From the NCBI GenBank assembly GCA_963708075.1, contig OY970194.1:7328001-7392000 (forward strand): DNA of 64,000 nucleotides, in the 5' to 3' direction. This DNA is from Sedimentisphaerales bacterium. Its GTDB lineage: Bacteria > Planctomycetota > Phycisphaerae > Sedimentisphaerales > Anaerobacaceae. A program made the position numbers and the translations under genes. Under the pieces are notes generated by a model. The model saw only the letters and a program-made list of their open reading frames with translations, made no database searches and was not told the DNA's origin. Positions 20,848 to 30,940 of this stretch are shown piece by piece (position 1 is the stretch's first letter; each line of letters begins with the position of its first letter).

Positions 20848-21193
20848 GTTTCCATCCTTTAAACCACGTGTTCTGCTGCGAGTTTCGACCCCCAGCGTGT
20901 CGTTCGATCTACCCCCGGCTGATGCCGATACTGAGCCTGCACTATCCTTCCATGCACGCCCACGTACAATCTTCGGCATTTACACGGCGAGACTTCAGCG
21001 GTTGTGGCGGAGATGAGCACGCAAGTGCCCGAATGGTGTGACTTTTTTGCTAATTCTCTGGTTGACGCGAGCGTGACGCAGTAGAATGTCAGTGGTGTTA
21101 AGGAGTACGCTTTCCTCCCTCGGAGTCTACCCCTTACTAACGAACAGCAGAGGGAACGTGTGTTACAGGCCTGCGAGGGCCGAGGAGAGAATT

Positions 21194-21397
21194 GTGGCAA
21201 GAGGTACAGTGAAGTGGTTCAGTGAGCAGAAGGGGTTCGGATTCATCGTCCCCGATGATGGCGGCGAGGACCTGTTCGTCCATCATTCGAACATCAACGG
21301 AGCGGGATTCAAGACGCTGAAGGAAGGGCAGGCGGTGGAGTACGAGGCGGCCCAGGGCAAGAAGGGCCCGGAGGCCAAGGCTGTCACGCCCTGCTGA
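21194..21397 (+). CDS. csp: Cold-shock protein (CspA family)
   Basis: GTVKWF..KGFGFI (RNP1) and DLFVHHS (RNP2); 67 aa; GTG start after GAGGAG. Confidence 0.95.
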   Translation: MARGTVKWFSEQKGFGFIVPDDGGEDLFVHHSNINGAGFKTLKEGQAVEYEAAQGKKGPEAKAVTPC

Positions 21398-21423
21398 GGA
21401 ACCTGCCGAGAGCGGAATCCATG

Positions 21424-21451
21424 GCCCCGCCTCATCGCGGGGCTTTTTTTT
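21424..21451 (+). terminator. Intrinsic terminator after csp
   Basis: GCCCCGC-CTCATC-GCGGGGC followed by T8. Confidence 0.9.
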
Positions 21452-21452
21452 C

Positions 21453-21480
21453 TTGACATCCAAGGCAGGGACACTACAAT
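21453..21480 (+). promoter_or_regulatory. Sigma70-type promoter
   Basis: TTGACA-N16-TACAAT immediately after the terminator. Confidence 0.6.
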
Positions 21481-21608
21481 CGGCAGCCTGAGAAGGGGTA
21501 GGAGTGGGTGCGGCCGGACGTTCGGCGGCATGGATCGCCGCTGCCGGTGACGCATGCTCTTGCTCCCACAGGGTGAATTCATTTCAATCACATTGGAGGA
21601 GGTTGAAA

Positions 21609-22220
21609 ATGAATGCTTCGATTTTCTTTCTCGCGTGGCTCATGTCATTGGGGACCCCTGCGCCCGGCGATACGGGCGGGATGGCAGTGGCGGCCCCGCC
21701 GGCCGCAGCCAGAATCAAGCTGGATATCAGCGCCCGTGAAGAGCTCAAGAACGCGATCCGCCAGCACCTCACGATGGAACTCCAGGCGCAGCAACCGGTG
21801 CAGTTTGTGGAGAGCGACCCCGACTGGACACTGGGTGTTGTGACGACGGAGTTGACGGACGCAAACGGAGCAACGGTGGCCGTGGGGCTGTCGTTCATCG
21901 TCGAGCAGCACGGTATCCACGCGACGATGTTGAAGGCGCTGGCCCAGGCGTGCCGGTATTTCCTCGCCACAGGCTTGCTGAAGGACGCGCCGCTGGAACG
22001 CGACATGCAACTGCTGTTGCGAGGGGCGGAGGTGTTGCCTGAGCCGGAGGGTCTGGCGGTGGTCTCGCAGCACAAGATGTGTGTGATCACCCCGGACCGG
22101 GTGCCGCAGGCGTGCTCTGACATGGTCGCCGCGTTCAGCGCAGAGTGTCTCGGAACCGCCGGTACTCCGAATTCCAGCGCCGACACGAAACCGCCGGCTA
22201 TACTGGTTGAGAACAAATAG
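21609..22220 (+). CDS. Hypothetical exported protein
   Basis: GGAGGAGG RBS and a signal-peptide-like N-terminus. Confidence 0.65.
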   Translation: MNASIFFLAWLMSLGTPAPGDTGGMAVAAPPAAARIKLDISAREELKNAIRQHLTMELQAQQPVQFVESDPDWTLGVVTTELTDANGATVAVGLSFIVEQHGIHATMLKALAQACRYFLATGLLKDAPLERDMQLLLRGAEVLPEPEGLAVVSQHKMCVITPDRVPQACSDMVAAFSAECLGTAGTPNSSADTKPPAILVENK

Positions 22221-22242
22221 TCGCTCACGGTCCTGAGTGTCA

Positions 22243-23865
22243 TTATGCGCTCCGCTGCACGGGCAGGGTGACGTGGAACGTGACACCTTCGCCGGGGCGG
22301 TTCTCCACGCGGATGGTTCCGCCGGCTTGCCTGACAACGCGATCGACAATGCATAGTCCCAGGCCTGTGCCCTCGCCGGGCGGTTTGGTCGTGAAGAAAG
22401 GCTCGAAGATTCTGTCCACCTGCTCGGGGAGGATGCCGCCGCAGGTGTCTTCGAACCGGAGCATGACCTTGTCATCCGCCTTGCGGCCGCTGACGATCAG
22501 CTTACGCTGCTTCTTGCCATCGGCCGCATGGATGGCGTTCTCGATCAGCGCAAAGCACATCTGCTCCATGTCTTTTTCATTGGCGTAGACAGGAGGCAGC
22601 ATACTTATGCTCCGCGTGGACAGCGACATGTGTCGCTCCTTCGCCTTTCCTTCCAGCAGTCTCACCGTACGCGCCACGACATCCTGCAACGATACGTCGC
22701 GAGGCGCCTCCCGCGGGGACTGTCTGCTGAAATCCCGGAACCGGGCGACGCGATTGGAGGCATCGGAGATCCCCTCCAGGCATTCACGAAGCGCTTCCAG
22801 GATCTTGTGGGAGTCCCCGGCGGCTTCCATCTCCGCCATGGCCTCCTGCAGAGAGAGGCAACTGACCGTCAAGGGCTGGGTCAGCTCATGCGCGATCGTG
22901 GCGCTGAGGGTGCCCAGCGAGGCGAGATGTTCGGCCCGGCACATCTTCTCGCGGTACTGATCGAGTTCCTGGCGAGCCTGCTGGAGTTCGTGGACGTCTC
23001 TGCCCACGATGAGAGCGGCCGTGGCCTGGCCGGCGGCGTCCCGGATCGGCTCGATGGTCGTGTTATACCACCGCTGTTGTCCGCCCAACTCCGTCAACGT
23101 GACAAAGTTCAACCCTTTTCCCGTGTCGATCACCTTTCGCACGCTGCCGGCCTGTCGGTCCGCGATCGCCCGGGGAAAGAGTTCCCACATCGTTTTCCCC
23201 GTATAATCCTCCTGCGTGCCGCCCAGACGTGCGGCAGCCGTCTTATTCAGGAACAGGAATGTGCCGCTCCGGTCCACCATCGCGATGGTCTCCCCCGCGC
23301 TCTCCACGAGCGTTCTGTACTTCTCCTCGCTTTCCCGCAGGGCCCGCTCGACGGCTTTCTTGTCTGTGACATCCCGGCAGATGCTTCCGATTCGGAACCC
23401 TTTCCTGGTGCGGACCGGGTAAATAACGATCTGCAAATACCGGCGGGCTCCGTCTCGCCGAATGAACTCGTGCTCGTGCAACCTCTGGGATGACGTGATC
23501 TCTCCGGTCCGGCAGACCTCGGTTACCCACTGTCTTAACGTCTCGTGGCTCCGCCCGTCGGGCGTCAGTTCTCGGACGACGTCCCAGAGGGGCCGGCCGA
23601 GAACTTCGGCGCGGGGCCTGCCCGTGATCTCCTCCTGCGCCCGGTTCCATTCGATGACATTTCCCACCTCGTCAGTCAGGACGATTCCTTCAGAGGACTG
23701 CTCCATGATGCTCTGAAAGCGGCTCTCCGTCTCTCGCAGGCGGTCCTCTATCCGCTTACGCTCACTGATCTCGGGATCGGAGGGTGAACCGACCCCGTCA
23801 ACAGCATCCTTTGAAATGTCAGATCCTCCGGCTCTCCCTGCCTTGCGATTGTCCGGGTTGCCCAT
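22243..23865 (-). CDS. Cytoplasmic PAS-PAS sensor histidine kinase
   Basis: Two PAS/PAC domains, H-box AHELTQPL, IENAIHA, FEPFFTTK and GTGLGL; no transmembrane segment. Confidence 0.9.
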   Translation of the reverse strand: MGNPDNRKAGRAGGSDISKDAVDGVGSPSDPEISERKRIEDRLRETESRFQSIMEQSSEGIVLTDEVGNVIEWNRAQEEITGRPRAEVLGRPLWDVVRELTPDGRSHETLRQWVTEVCRTGEITSSQRLHEHEFIRRDGARRYLQIVIYPVRTRKGFRIGSICRDVTDKKAVERALRESEEKYRTLVESAGETIAMVDRSGTFLFLNKTAAARLGGTQEDYTGKTMWELFPRAIADRQAGSVRKVIDTGKGLNFVTLTELGGQQRWYNTTIEPIRDAAGQATAALIVGRDVHELQQARQELDQYREKMCRAEHLASLGTLSATIAHELTQPLTVSCLSLQEAMAEMEAAGDSHKILEALRECLEGISDASNRVARFRDFSRQSPREAPRDVSLQDVVARTVRLLEGKAKERHMSLSTRSISMLPPVYANEKDMEQMCFALIENAIHAADGKKQRKLIVSGRKADDKVMLRFEDTCGGILPEQVDRIFEPFFTTKPPGEGTGLGLCIVDRVVRQAGGTIRVENRPGEGVTFHVTLPVQRSA

Positions 23866-24194
23866 GGTTCACGTCTCTCCACCTGCTCACAGGCTGCATA
23901 AACGACTCCTTTCAACCCAGTATCCAAAAGGTGTTGATCACAAAGAAGACCTTATTGTACACGGCGAGGGGTCGAATAGAAACCAAAAATCAAGACAAGT
24001 TCCGGAGAAGATGTGGTCGGCATTCGGTGGCGGATTCCGGCACCAACGCGGGTAAGCATCTTCATCCGCTCCCCTCAGGGAATCAGAGGACGCTGCGGCA
24101 CTCTTTCGACACGTTGCCTTCTGAGTGTCGCCGGGGGAGCTTCGCGAGACGCCGGGGCGAGTGGGGGACGGCTTCGCCAGCGCGCGAGTTCGCC

Positions 24195-25600
24195 TTACTT
24201 GCGCGATATTGTCTGAGCTTTGAGTTCTTCGAGCATTTTGATGGCGGCATGGACGAGCATCTCGCCGGAGCCTTCGGCACACCGGGCGCTGACGACTTCG
24301 TAATTGCCCTCAGGATAGGCGGAGCGGTTGGGGATGTAGCCAATGGAGCCGTTGGCGAGCTCGGCGATGTGGGTCTGGGCGAACGGGGAGGCGGCCTTGA
24401 TGCTCAGGCCCAGCTCGACGAAGACTTCGCCCGGCAGGGACACCCAGGCCAGCGAATCGCCCATCGTGATGACCTGCACCTCGACCTCCAGCGGCTTGCC
24501 CTCGCGTTTTTGGACGTCGAGCACCTTGTAGGCCTTGACCTGCTCCATGAACCTGGCTTTGTCCTTCTTCTCGAGTGTCGCCTTAGCCTCCTGCACGTCC
24601 TCCTGCGAGAATGGAGCCAGGGGCAGTTGAAGCACTTCACTGCGGACTCGCAGGGTCGTGTCAGCGACAGGCTTGAGGTCCATGTAGGCCTTGAGGACCG
24701 AGGCCGCCAGGATCGTGCCCAGTCGGTTCGCCTCCGCCGGGCTCGTTTGCGCCCCGGCCCAGTTGACGTTGACGTGGTTGAGATTACCGCAAGCGCCGTT
24801 GGCAAAGATCGTCATCATGTCCGGTCCCTTGCAGTCCGCCAGTCGCCGGGCCAGCGCGCCGGGATAATCCGCAGAGATTCCGGTGCCGCCTGTGGTGTCC
24901 GCGTGCAAGGCGAAATTCACGTACGTCAGCACGGGCTTCTTGTCGGGGGTTTCGAAGTACACCACGCCGACTTCCGGGTCGATGGGACTGACCGGCCGTA
25001 TGATATTGGGATTCAGTTTGCCCGGATTCCATCCGACGGTCCCATCCTTCATCCAGAACCGCCGGCAGAAGGACAGCCGGTCCTCGGATTCCCGGCGCAG
25101 GAGACCTTCACCGCGGCCAGCTTGCCATTCGCCTCGGCCACGGCTTGCGCGATCCGCCCGGGCAATTCCAACGTGTAGTGCCTGGCGGGATCGCTGCTGC
25201 CCTTGTCGAGGTCGTCCCGCACGGAGTCCCTCGTCAGGGCCGGGCCGGTATGTGTGTGCGTGGCCGATATCATGACGTGGCCGCCCGGGATGCCCGTCTG
25301 CTGCTCGATCAACTGCCGGGCATCGAGCACCGTCGTGCGGGGCAGGGTGATCAGGTCGCACACGACCAGCGCCACCTTCGTGCCGCCGTCGTCGAGGACC
25401 GCGGCTTTCGCGTAGAGGTCATCGAGCGCATCCTGGCTGCCTCTGGCGTAGTAGTACCCAGCCATAGGTGTCCCCGCCGGCGGGCTGATGTTCAGGGCTG
25501 CCGTTCCAACACGCAGCTCCGCCTGCGCGGGATCGCAGTGGAGCAGACAGGCTGCCGTGGCAGTAATCAAGGTGATGGTTGCGGATCTCGTATAGTTCAT
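24195..25600 (-). CDS. Exported neutral/alkaline-ceramidase-N-terminal-like hydrolase with an apparent 1-bp deletion at ~25093
   Basis: MAGYY..DDLYAKA and SATHTHTGP lie in the 25049..25618 frame; LSFCRR, NFALHAD, SADYPG, GACGN and PGEVFVE lie in the 24195..25361 frame. Confidence 0.72.
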
Positions 25601-25808
25601 ACGACATTGTTCCTTCAATGCCTGTTAGGCTGCTTTCCAGGAGTCTCGCATCATTGGGTGGCGGCGTCAAGGCCGCAGGCCTTGGCGATGGTCCCACTGC
25701 ATTCCAGGACAGCCATCGCCAAGCTGCGCTTGACGCTGCCACCCGGATTGCAGTTTCGTGCCACGAAGGACTCGATCGTGGTCGGCATCAAACGGAGGCG
25801 GCTCTCAC

Positions 25809-27128
25809 TCATCGGCGTGGCCGATCAAAGTAAGTCAGGGCAGCGTTCGGGTCGATCAGGCCCCAGCCATACTCTTCGTCCCATCCCGGCGTTCCCAGGT
25901 CCTTGGCGGTCTGCTGGATGGCCTGTCGCACGTTCTCCGGTCCGGCCACGCCGTGCGAGACAAGCAGCCCCGCCAGACCACTTACATGGGGCGCGGCCAT
26001 GGAAGTCCCCTGGAGAAAATAGTACGCGAAGTCGCGGGGATCAATGAAGAACGTCTGCTGGACGATGCCGTCCGGGTATCCATCGACGTTCTGATCGACG
26101 GTCATGTCGCCCCCCGGCGCCATGACGTCCAGATGCGGGCCCGTGCTGGAGTAGGGGGCCCGGCGGTTATCGTAGCGCGTGGCGCCCACCGCGATGCAGT
26201 AGCTATCGTAGGCGGCCGGATAGATTACCGGGTTGCCATTCTGGTACTCGTTGCCTGCCGAACAGACCACCGTCACCCCGTGCTGATGAGCCGCCTTCAG
26301 CGCCCTCTCCAGCGTGATCGACGAGCCGCTGCCGCCGGCGCTCAGATTGACCACCCGGGCGCCATGATCGATGGCGAAATAGACTCCCTGGGCAATCGTG
26401 AAGTGGTCACCCAGGCCGTTTACGTCGATGATCTTCACGGGCATGATGGAACAGCCGAAGGCCACGCCCGCCACACCGAGTTTGTTGTTCGTGCTCTGGG
26501 CAATCGTGCCGGCCACGTGCGTCCCGTGTCCATTGTCATCGTTCGGGTGGTCGTCGTCGTTCACAAAGTCATAGCCGGTCACGAACCGTGTCTGGGCCAG
26601 GTCCGGGGCCTGCTTGTAGTCGCCATAATCCTCGAAGGCCGCGCCGGTATCGAGCACGGCGATGGTCACGTTCGGATCGCCCGTCTCGACCGCCCAGGCC
26701 TTCTCCATTCCAATCCCGCCCGTGGCCTTGTTGTAAAGGTTCCATTGGTAGCGGAAGTAGGGGTCGTCGGGCACGAAAAACACGCGGACCTGATAGTTCA
26801 GCTCAGCGTACTGGACAAACTCGTGTTCGACAAAATCGTTGACCATGTCCTCAGGTGGAGTGTCTTCAGGAATCCTCACCAGGTGGACGTCCCCGTACTC
26901 ACAGGTGCGAATGCTGAGACAGCCGTGCTGCTCGATAGCTTCATCCCGGACGTTCTGCTCGACATCTTCGCTGAACTTGACGATGATCTCACTTTGGCTC
27001 CAGGCGGGCGGCCCAGAGATGTCGGCCGCCGTGTCCGCGCCGGCGGGCGATCCCCATAGTGGGGCAATAAGAAGGCCTCCCGCCAAACACACGGCCGCGA
27101 CGGCTCCGGACAAGATACTCGCTCGCAT
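25809..27128 (-). CDS. Secreted S8 (subtilisin-family) serine peptidase
   Basis: Signal peptide and propeptide; triad motifs IAVLDTG, HGTHVAG and GTSMAAPHV. Confidence 0.93.
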   Translation of the reverse strand: MRASILSGAVAAVCLAGGLLIAPLWGSPAGADTAADISGPPAWSQSEIIVKFSEDVEQNVRDEAIEQHGCLSIRTCEYGDVHLVRIPEDTPPEDMVNDFVEHEFVQYAELNYQVRVFFVPDDPYFRYQWNLYNKATGGIGMEKAWAVETGDPNVTIAVLDTGAAFEDYGDYKQAPDLAQTRFVTGYDFVNDDDHPNDDNGHGTHVAGTIAQSTNNKLGVAGVAFGCSIMPVKIIDVNGLGDHFTIAQGVYFAIDHGARVVNLSAGGSGSSITLERALKAAHQHGVTVVCSAGNEYQNGNPVIYPAAYDSYCIAVGATRYDNRRAPYSSTGPHLDVMAPGGDMTVDQNVDGYPDGIVQQTFFIDPRDFAYYFLQGTSMAAPHVSGLAGLLVSHGVAGPENVRQAIQQTAKDLGTPGWDEEYGWGLIDPNAALTYFDRPRR

Positions 27129-27376
27129 GGCTCAACCTCCTTCATGTGCGTTCGTCACGGGCCACGGATGTCTCCTGTGACCCAGACGGCCGGCGTCACG
27201 CCTGGGCCGACGTATGATTATACGGCTGCCGGCCGTCGGCGTTCAAGGGAAGACAAGCAGACCTGCGGCCTTGACGGGGCCACCTGCCGTGGCCGTCAAG
27301 ATTTTCGCCCTCGCCGGTGGACTGGACGCTCAGGCGGGATATAATGCTGTTTTGGCTGGTTCTTAGGAGTATACAG

Positions 27377-28882
27377 ATGCATCCACTGCTTATCCTTGCC
27401 ATCGGTGTCTTCTCGATCATCTTCCTGATCGCGGCCCTGCGGCTCAATGCCTTCATTGCCCTGATCGTATCGGCGATCATCGTGAGCCTGTTGGCTCCCG
27501 GCGAGACGGCCGATAAGATCAACCGGGTGGCGGTCGCATTCGGCAGTACGGCCGGCAACATCGGCATCGTCATCGCTCTGGCCGTCATCATCGGCAAGTG
27601 CATGATGGACAGCGGTGCGGCCGACCGGATTGTGCGGGCCTTCCTGTCCGTGCTCGGAGAGAAGCGGTGCTCCTGGGCGCTCATGTCGAGCGGCTTTGTC
27701 CTGGCCATCCCCGTGTTCTTCGACACGGTCTTCTACCTGCTCGTGCCTCTGGCCCGTTCGGCCAATCGGCGAACCGGCACGAAGTCGCTGCGGTTCGTCC
27801 TGGCCATTTGCGTGGGCGGGGTGGCTACGCACTGCCTCGTGCCGCCGACGCCCGGCCCGCTGCTTATGGCCGACCAGCTTGGCATCGATCTCGGCGTGAT
27901 GATTCTCTTCGGCGCGCTCATCGCCGCCCCCTGTTCCCTTGCGGGTATGGCCTTTGCGAGATGGCTCGACCGCCGGACACATATCGAGATGCGGCCCCTG
28001 GCCGATGGGATGACGGAAGCCGAGCCGCTCGCAGATGATCAACTGCCTCCTTTGCTTCCCTCTCTGCTGCCCATCGTGCTGCCCGTTGTGCTGGTTTCGA
28101 TCAATACGATCGTCTCGGCCGCTGCCGAAGCGACGGCAAAGGCACAGGTCGTCGAGGCCGTGGCCGTCTCGGCAGAACCTTCAGCCCTTCAGCAGGCCGC
28201 AGAGGTGATGGCCATTCTCGGCAACGTCAATTTCGCCATGCTCCTGTCCACGGCCATCGCCATTTGGGTCCTCAAGAGCAAGCGCAAGCTGACGAATCTG
28301 CAACTCGCCCAGGTCGTCGAGGGCTCGCTCATGAGCGGCGGCATCATCATCCTGATCACCGCGGCCGGCGGGGCCTTCGGCGCCATGCTCAAAGTGGCCG
28401 AGATCGGCCCGGCTATCGAAGCCCTCTTCAAAGGCAGCGCCGCCGGACAGAGCAGCGGCATCATGTTCCTCGTCATGGGCGCGCTCATCGCCTTTGTCAT
28501 GAAGGTCGCCCAGGGCTCCAGCACCGTAGCGATGATCACGGCCTCAGCTATGATCGCCGCCATGGTTCCCTCAATGGACTCGCTCGGTTATCCGTCTGTC
28601 CTGCTGGCCACCGCCATCGGCGGCGGCGCGTTGATTGGGTCATGGATGAATGACAGCGGTTTCTGGATCTTCGTCAAGATGACCGGCCTGACCGAAGCGG
28701 AGGGTCTTAAAACCTGGCTGCCGACCCTGGCAAGCGTAGGCGTCGCCAGTATAGTCATCTCGTTCATCCTGGCCGTCCTCTGGCAGACGGGCCAGCCCCT
28801 GTGGGCTGCCGTCGGCTTCTGCGTCATCCTTGGCGCGCTGATCCTAGCCTTCTGGACCCATGCTGTGCCCCAAGAGAGCTGA
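27377..28882 (+). CDS. GntP-family sugar-acid:H+ symporter
   Basis: LNAFIAL, IPVFFDT, HCLVPPTPGP, AQGSSTVA and WMNDSGFW motifs; AGGAG RBS; TATAAT at 27340. Confidence 0.88.
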   Translation: MHPLLILAIGVFSIIFLIAALRLNAFIALIVSAIIVSLLAPGETADKINRVAVAFGSTAGNIGIVIALAVIIGKCMMDSGAADRIVRAFLSVLGEKRCSWALMSSGFVLAIPVFFDTVFYLLVPLARSANRRTGTKSLRFVLAICVGGVATHCLVPPTPGPLLMADQLGIDLGVMILFGALIAAPCSLAGMAFARWLDRRTHIEMRPLADGMTEAEPLADDQLPPLLPSLLPIVLPVVLVSINTIVSAAAEATAKAQVVEAVAVSAEPSALQQAAEVMAILGNVNFAMLLSTAIAIWVLKSKRKLTNLQLAQVVEGSLMSGGIIILITAAGGAFGAMLKVAEIGPAIEALFKGSAAGQSSGIMFLVMGALIAFVMKVAQGSSTVAMITASAMIAAMVPSMDSLGYPSVLLATAIGGGALIGSWMNDSGFWIFVKMTGLTEAEGLKTWLPTLASVGVASIVISFILAVLWQTGQPLWAAVGFCVILGALILAFWTHAVPQES

Positions 28883-28909
28883 CGCTCGTAGTGACGCCGT
28901 AAGGCGTTT
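28883..28909 (+). repeat. GTAG-type REP, family A copy 3, between convergent genes
   Basis: CGCTCGTAGTGACGCC-GTAA-GGCGTTT. Confidence 0.75.
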
Positions 28910-28917
28910 TGTCCGTC

Positions 28918-30867
28918 TTACGGTGTCGCCGGGCCGGGGGCGACGTCCATCACCTTGCCGGATTGGGGGATAGTGCCTTCGGCCGGCTCAAGCCTGTCGT
29001 ACCATGTGAGCTTCAGGATCGCGGAGGTCACCACGAACACGGCGGCGCAGATCAACGTCCTGCCGTATTGCTGGATCACGAGGAAGATCGGGCCGGCGAC
29101 CATGGCCAACTCCCAGATGATCCCGACGATCACATTGAACCAATCGCGCCAGAACTCGCGGTTGGGCTGGATGGCAGGGTCCTCGGCCCGGCACTTCTCG
29201 TAGATCGGCCGCCAGAAGCCCCACGGTCGCACCGTGCGGTAGAAACGCATGAGCACGGCATCCTCCTCGGGCCGCGTCAGCAGGCACACGCCGATCGAGG
29301 CGATGGCGCTCAGGACCATGATCGTCGGGAATACGACGTATACCGGGTGCAGGCGGATGGGCTCCATGCCCACCATCGTCATGTAGTCCGGCCTGCCGAT
29401 AAACAGCAGCACCAGGGCCGAGACCGTGCCAGCCACCATGCCGGCGAAGAACCCGTACCCGTTGAACCGCCACCAGTGCCACTTGATCACGTTCGGGATC
29501 ACGAACGCCGGCACGATCACCGAAACGAGCACCTCCGTAATCGAGTGCACGGATTTTGTCACGAAGCCGAAGCCGATCCCCAGGGCGATGATGAGGACGG
29601 AGCAAAGGTAACTCAGCAGGACATAGCGGCGGGGCGAGCCATGCGGATTGATGTATCGTTTGTAAATATCATTCACGATGTAGGCGGCTCCGGAATTGAC
29701 GGTCGAAACGAACGTGCTCATGAACGCGGCGAGCAGACCCGCGAGGATGAGCCCCTTGGCGCCGATGGGCAGGTAGCCGTTCACGACGCTGGGCAGGATC
29801 TGCTCGAAATCGACTTTGCCGCCCGCGCCCATTGCCTGCAGCTCGGGTCCGAAGTAGACGATACCGAGTGTGCCGATGCCGGCGATGAGCAGGAACCGCG
29901 GGGCGAGCGAGGCGATGGCCATCATGAGGTTCTCGAGCGCGGCCTCGCGCGGGCTGCGCGTTGAGAGGACGTGCTGGATGGCGTAGTTGGGGGTTGGCCC
30001 GGCCATGCTGACGAGCACGCCCTTGAGAAAGAGCATCAGGACAAACAGGCCGAAAATCGAGTACCCGTCGCCGCCGGCGCCAACGGGATTGTACAGCTTA
30101 TCGTTGAGCTTCGGGATCAGGCCCGACCAGTCGAGGTCGAGCCGCCAGCCGAAGAACATTTGGTCCCAGCCGGCCGGCACGGCAGCCAGAATCTGCTCTG
30201 ATGAGGTGGTGGTGATGGCGATCACGCCGATGATGATCGCGGCGATCATGATGAGGGCGAACTGGATCATATCATTCATCACAACACTGTACATGCCGCC
30301 GACGACGCAGTAGACGCCGGCGATCAGCATGACTACGATGGCGAAGAAATCGGCGGGCGTCATTCTGCCCGGCAGCGCTGCGGCCGAAATGCCCAGGGAC
30401 TCCAGCGGAATGAACGAGGCTGTGAACTTGCCGATGCCGATGTAGGCCATGCTCAGGAACCCGACGACGCTCACAATGGCGTAGGCGACGATGCTCAGGT
30501 AGGCCATCTCGGAGCCAGTGTTGCGGCCGAAGCGCGTGTACATCCACTCGGCGCCGGTAAGGACGTTGGACCGGCGGACCCAGGCGCCGAGGTACGCCAT
30601 GCGAAAGATCACATTGAACAGCGGCCAGACCCACAGCAGCCAGACGCCCTTGACGCCGTAGACGAACAGCACCATGACGAACCACATCGTGCCGGAGATA
30701 TCGACGCCGCTGGAGCCGTGGGCGATGCCGATCATCCACCAGGGCAGGCTCTTGCCCGCCAGGAAGTACGACTCTGGGTTGCGGGCCGCCTTCTTTGCCA
30801 CGAACCAGCCGACGGCGATCATCAGGAGGAAGTACAGGATGATGATGGTGATGTCTACAGCGTGCAT
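28918..30867 (-). CDS. Sodium:solute symporter (SSS) family protein
   Basis: YFLAGKSLPWW and GLLAAFMST motifs with many TM helices; AAGGAG RBS before MHAVD. Confidence 0.88.
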   Translation of the reverse strand: MHAVDITIIILYFLLMIAVGWFVAKKAARNPESYFLAGKSLPWWMIGIAHGSSGVDISGTMWFVMVLFVYGVKGVWLLWVWPLFNVIFRMAYLGAWVRRSNVLTGAEWMYTRFGRNTGSEMAYLSIVAYAIVSVVGFLSMAYIGIGKFTASFIPLESLGISAAALPGRMTPADFFAIVVMLIAGVYCVVGGMYSVVMNDMIQFALIMIAAIIIGVIAITTTSSEQILAAVPAGWDQMFFGWRLDLDWSGLIPKLNDKLYNPVGAGGDGYSIFGLFVLMLFLKGVLVSMAGPTPNYAIQHVLSTRSPREAALENLMMAIASLAPRFLLIAGIGTLGIVYFGPELQAMGAGGKVDFEQILPSVVNGYLPIGAKGLILAGLLAAFMSTFVSTVNSGAAYIVNDIYKRYINPHGSPRRYVLLSYLCSVLIIALGIGFGFVTKSVHSITEVLVSVIVPAFVIPNVIKWHWWRFNGYGFFAGMVAGTVSALVLLFIGRPDYMTMVGMEPIRLHPVYVVFPTIMVLSAIASIGVCLLTRPEEDAVLMRFYRTVRPWGFWRPIYEKCRAEDPAIQPNREFWRDWFNVIVGIIWELAMVAGPIFLVIQQYGRTLICAAVFVVTSAILKLTWYDRLEPAEGTIPQSGKVMDVAPGPATP

Positions 30868-30889
30868 CGGATTCTCCTTGGAGAACGCA

Positions 30890-30928
30890 ATAGGTCCTAT
30901 CGGTCCTATTCGTCCTATAGGTCCCATT
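30890..30928. repeat. 9-bp tandem repeat (ATAGGTCCT-like, four copies)
   Basis: ATAGGTCCT ATCGGTCCT ATTCGTCCT ATAGGTCCC. Confidence 0.8.
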
Positions 30929-30940
30929 CTTCGCCCACGT

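Noticed and set aside
21062..21087. TTGACG/TAGAAT promoter for csp
   Set aside because: The spacer is only 14 bp, so it was not called.
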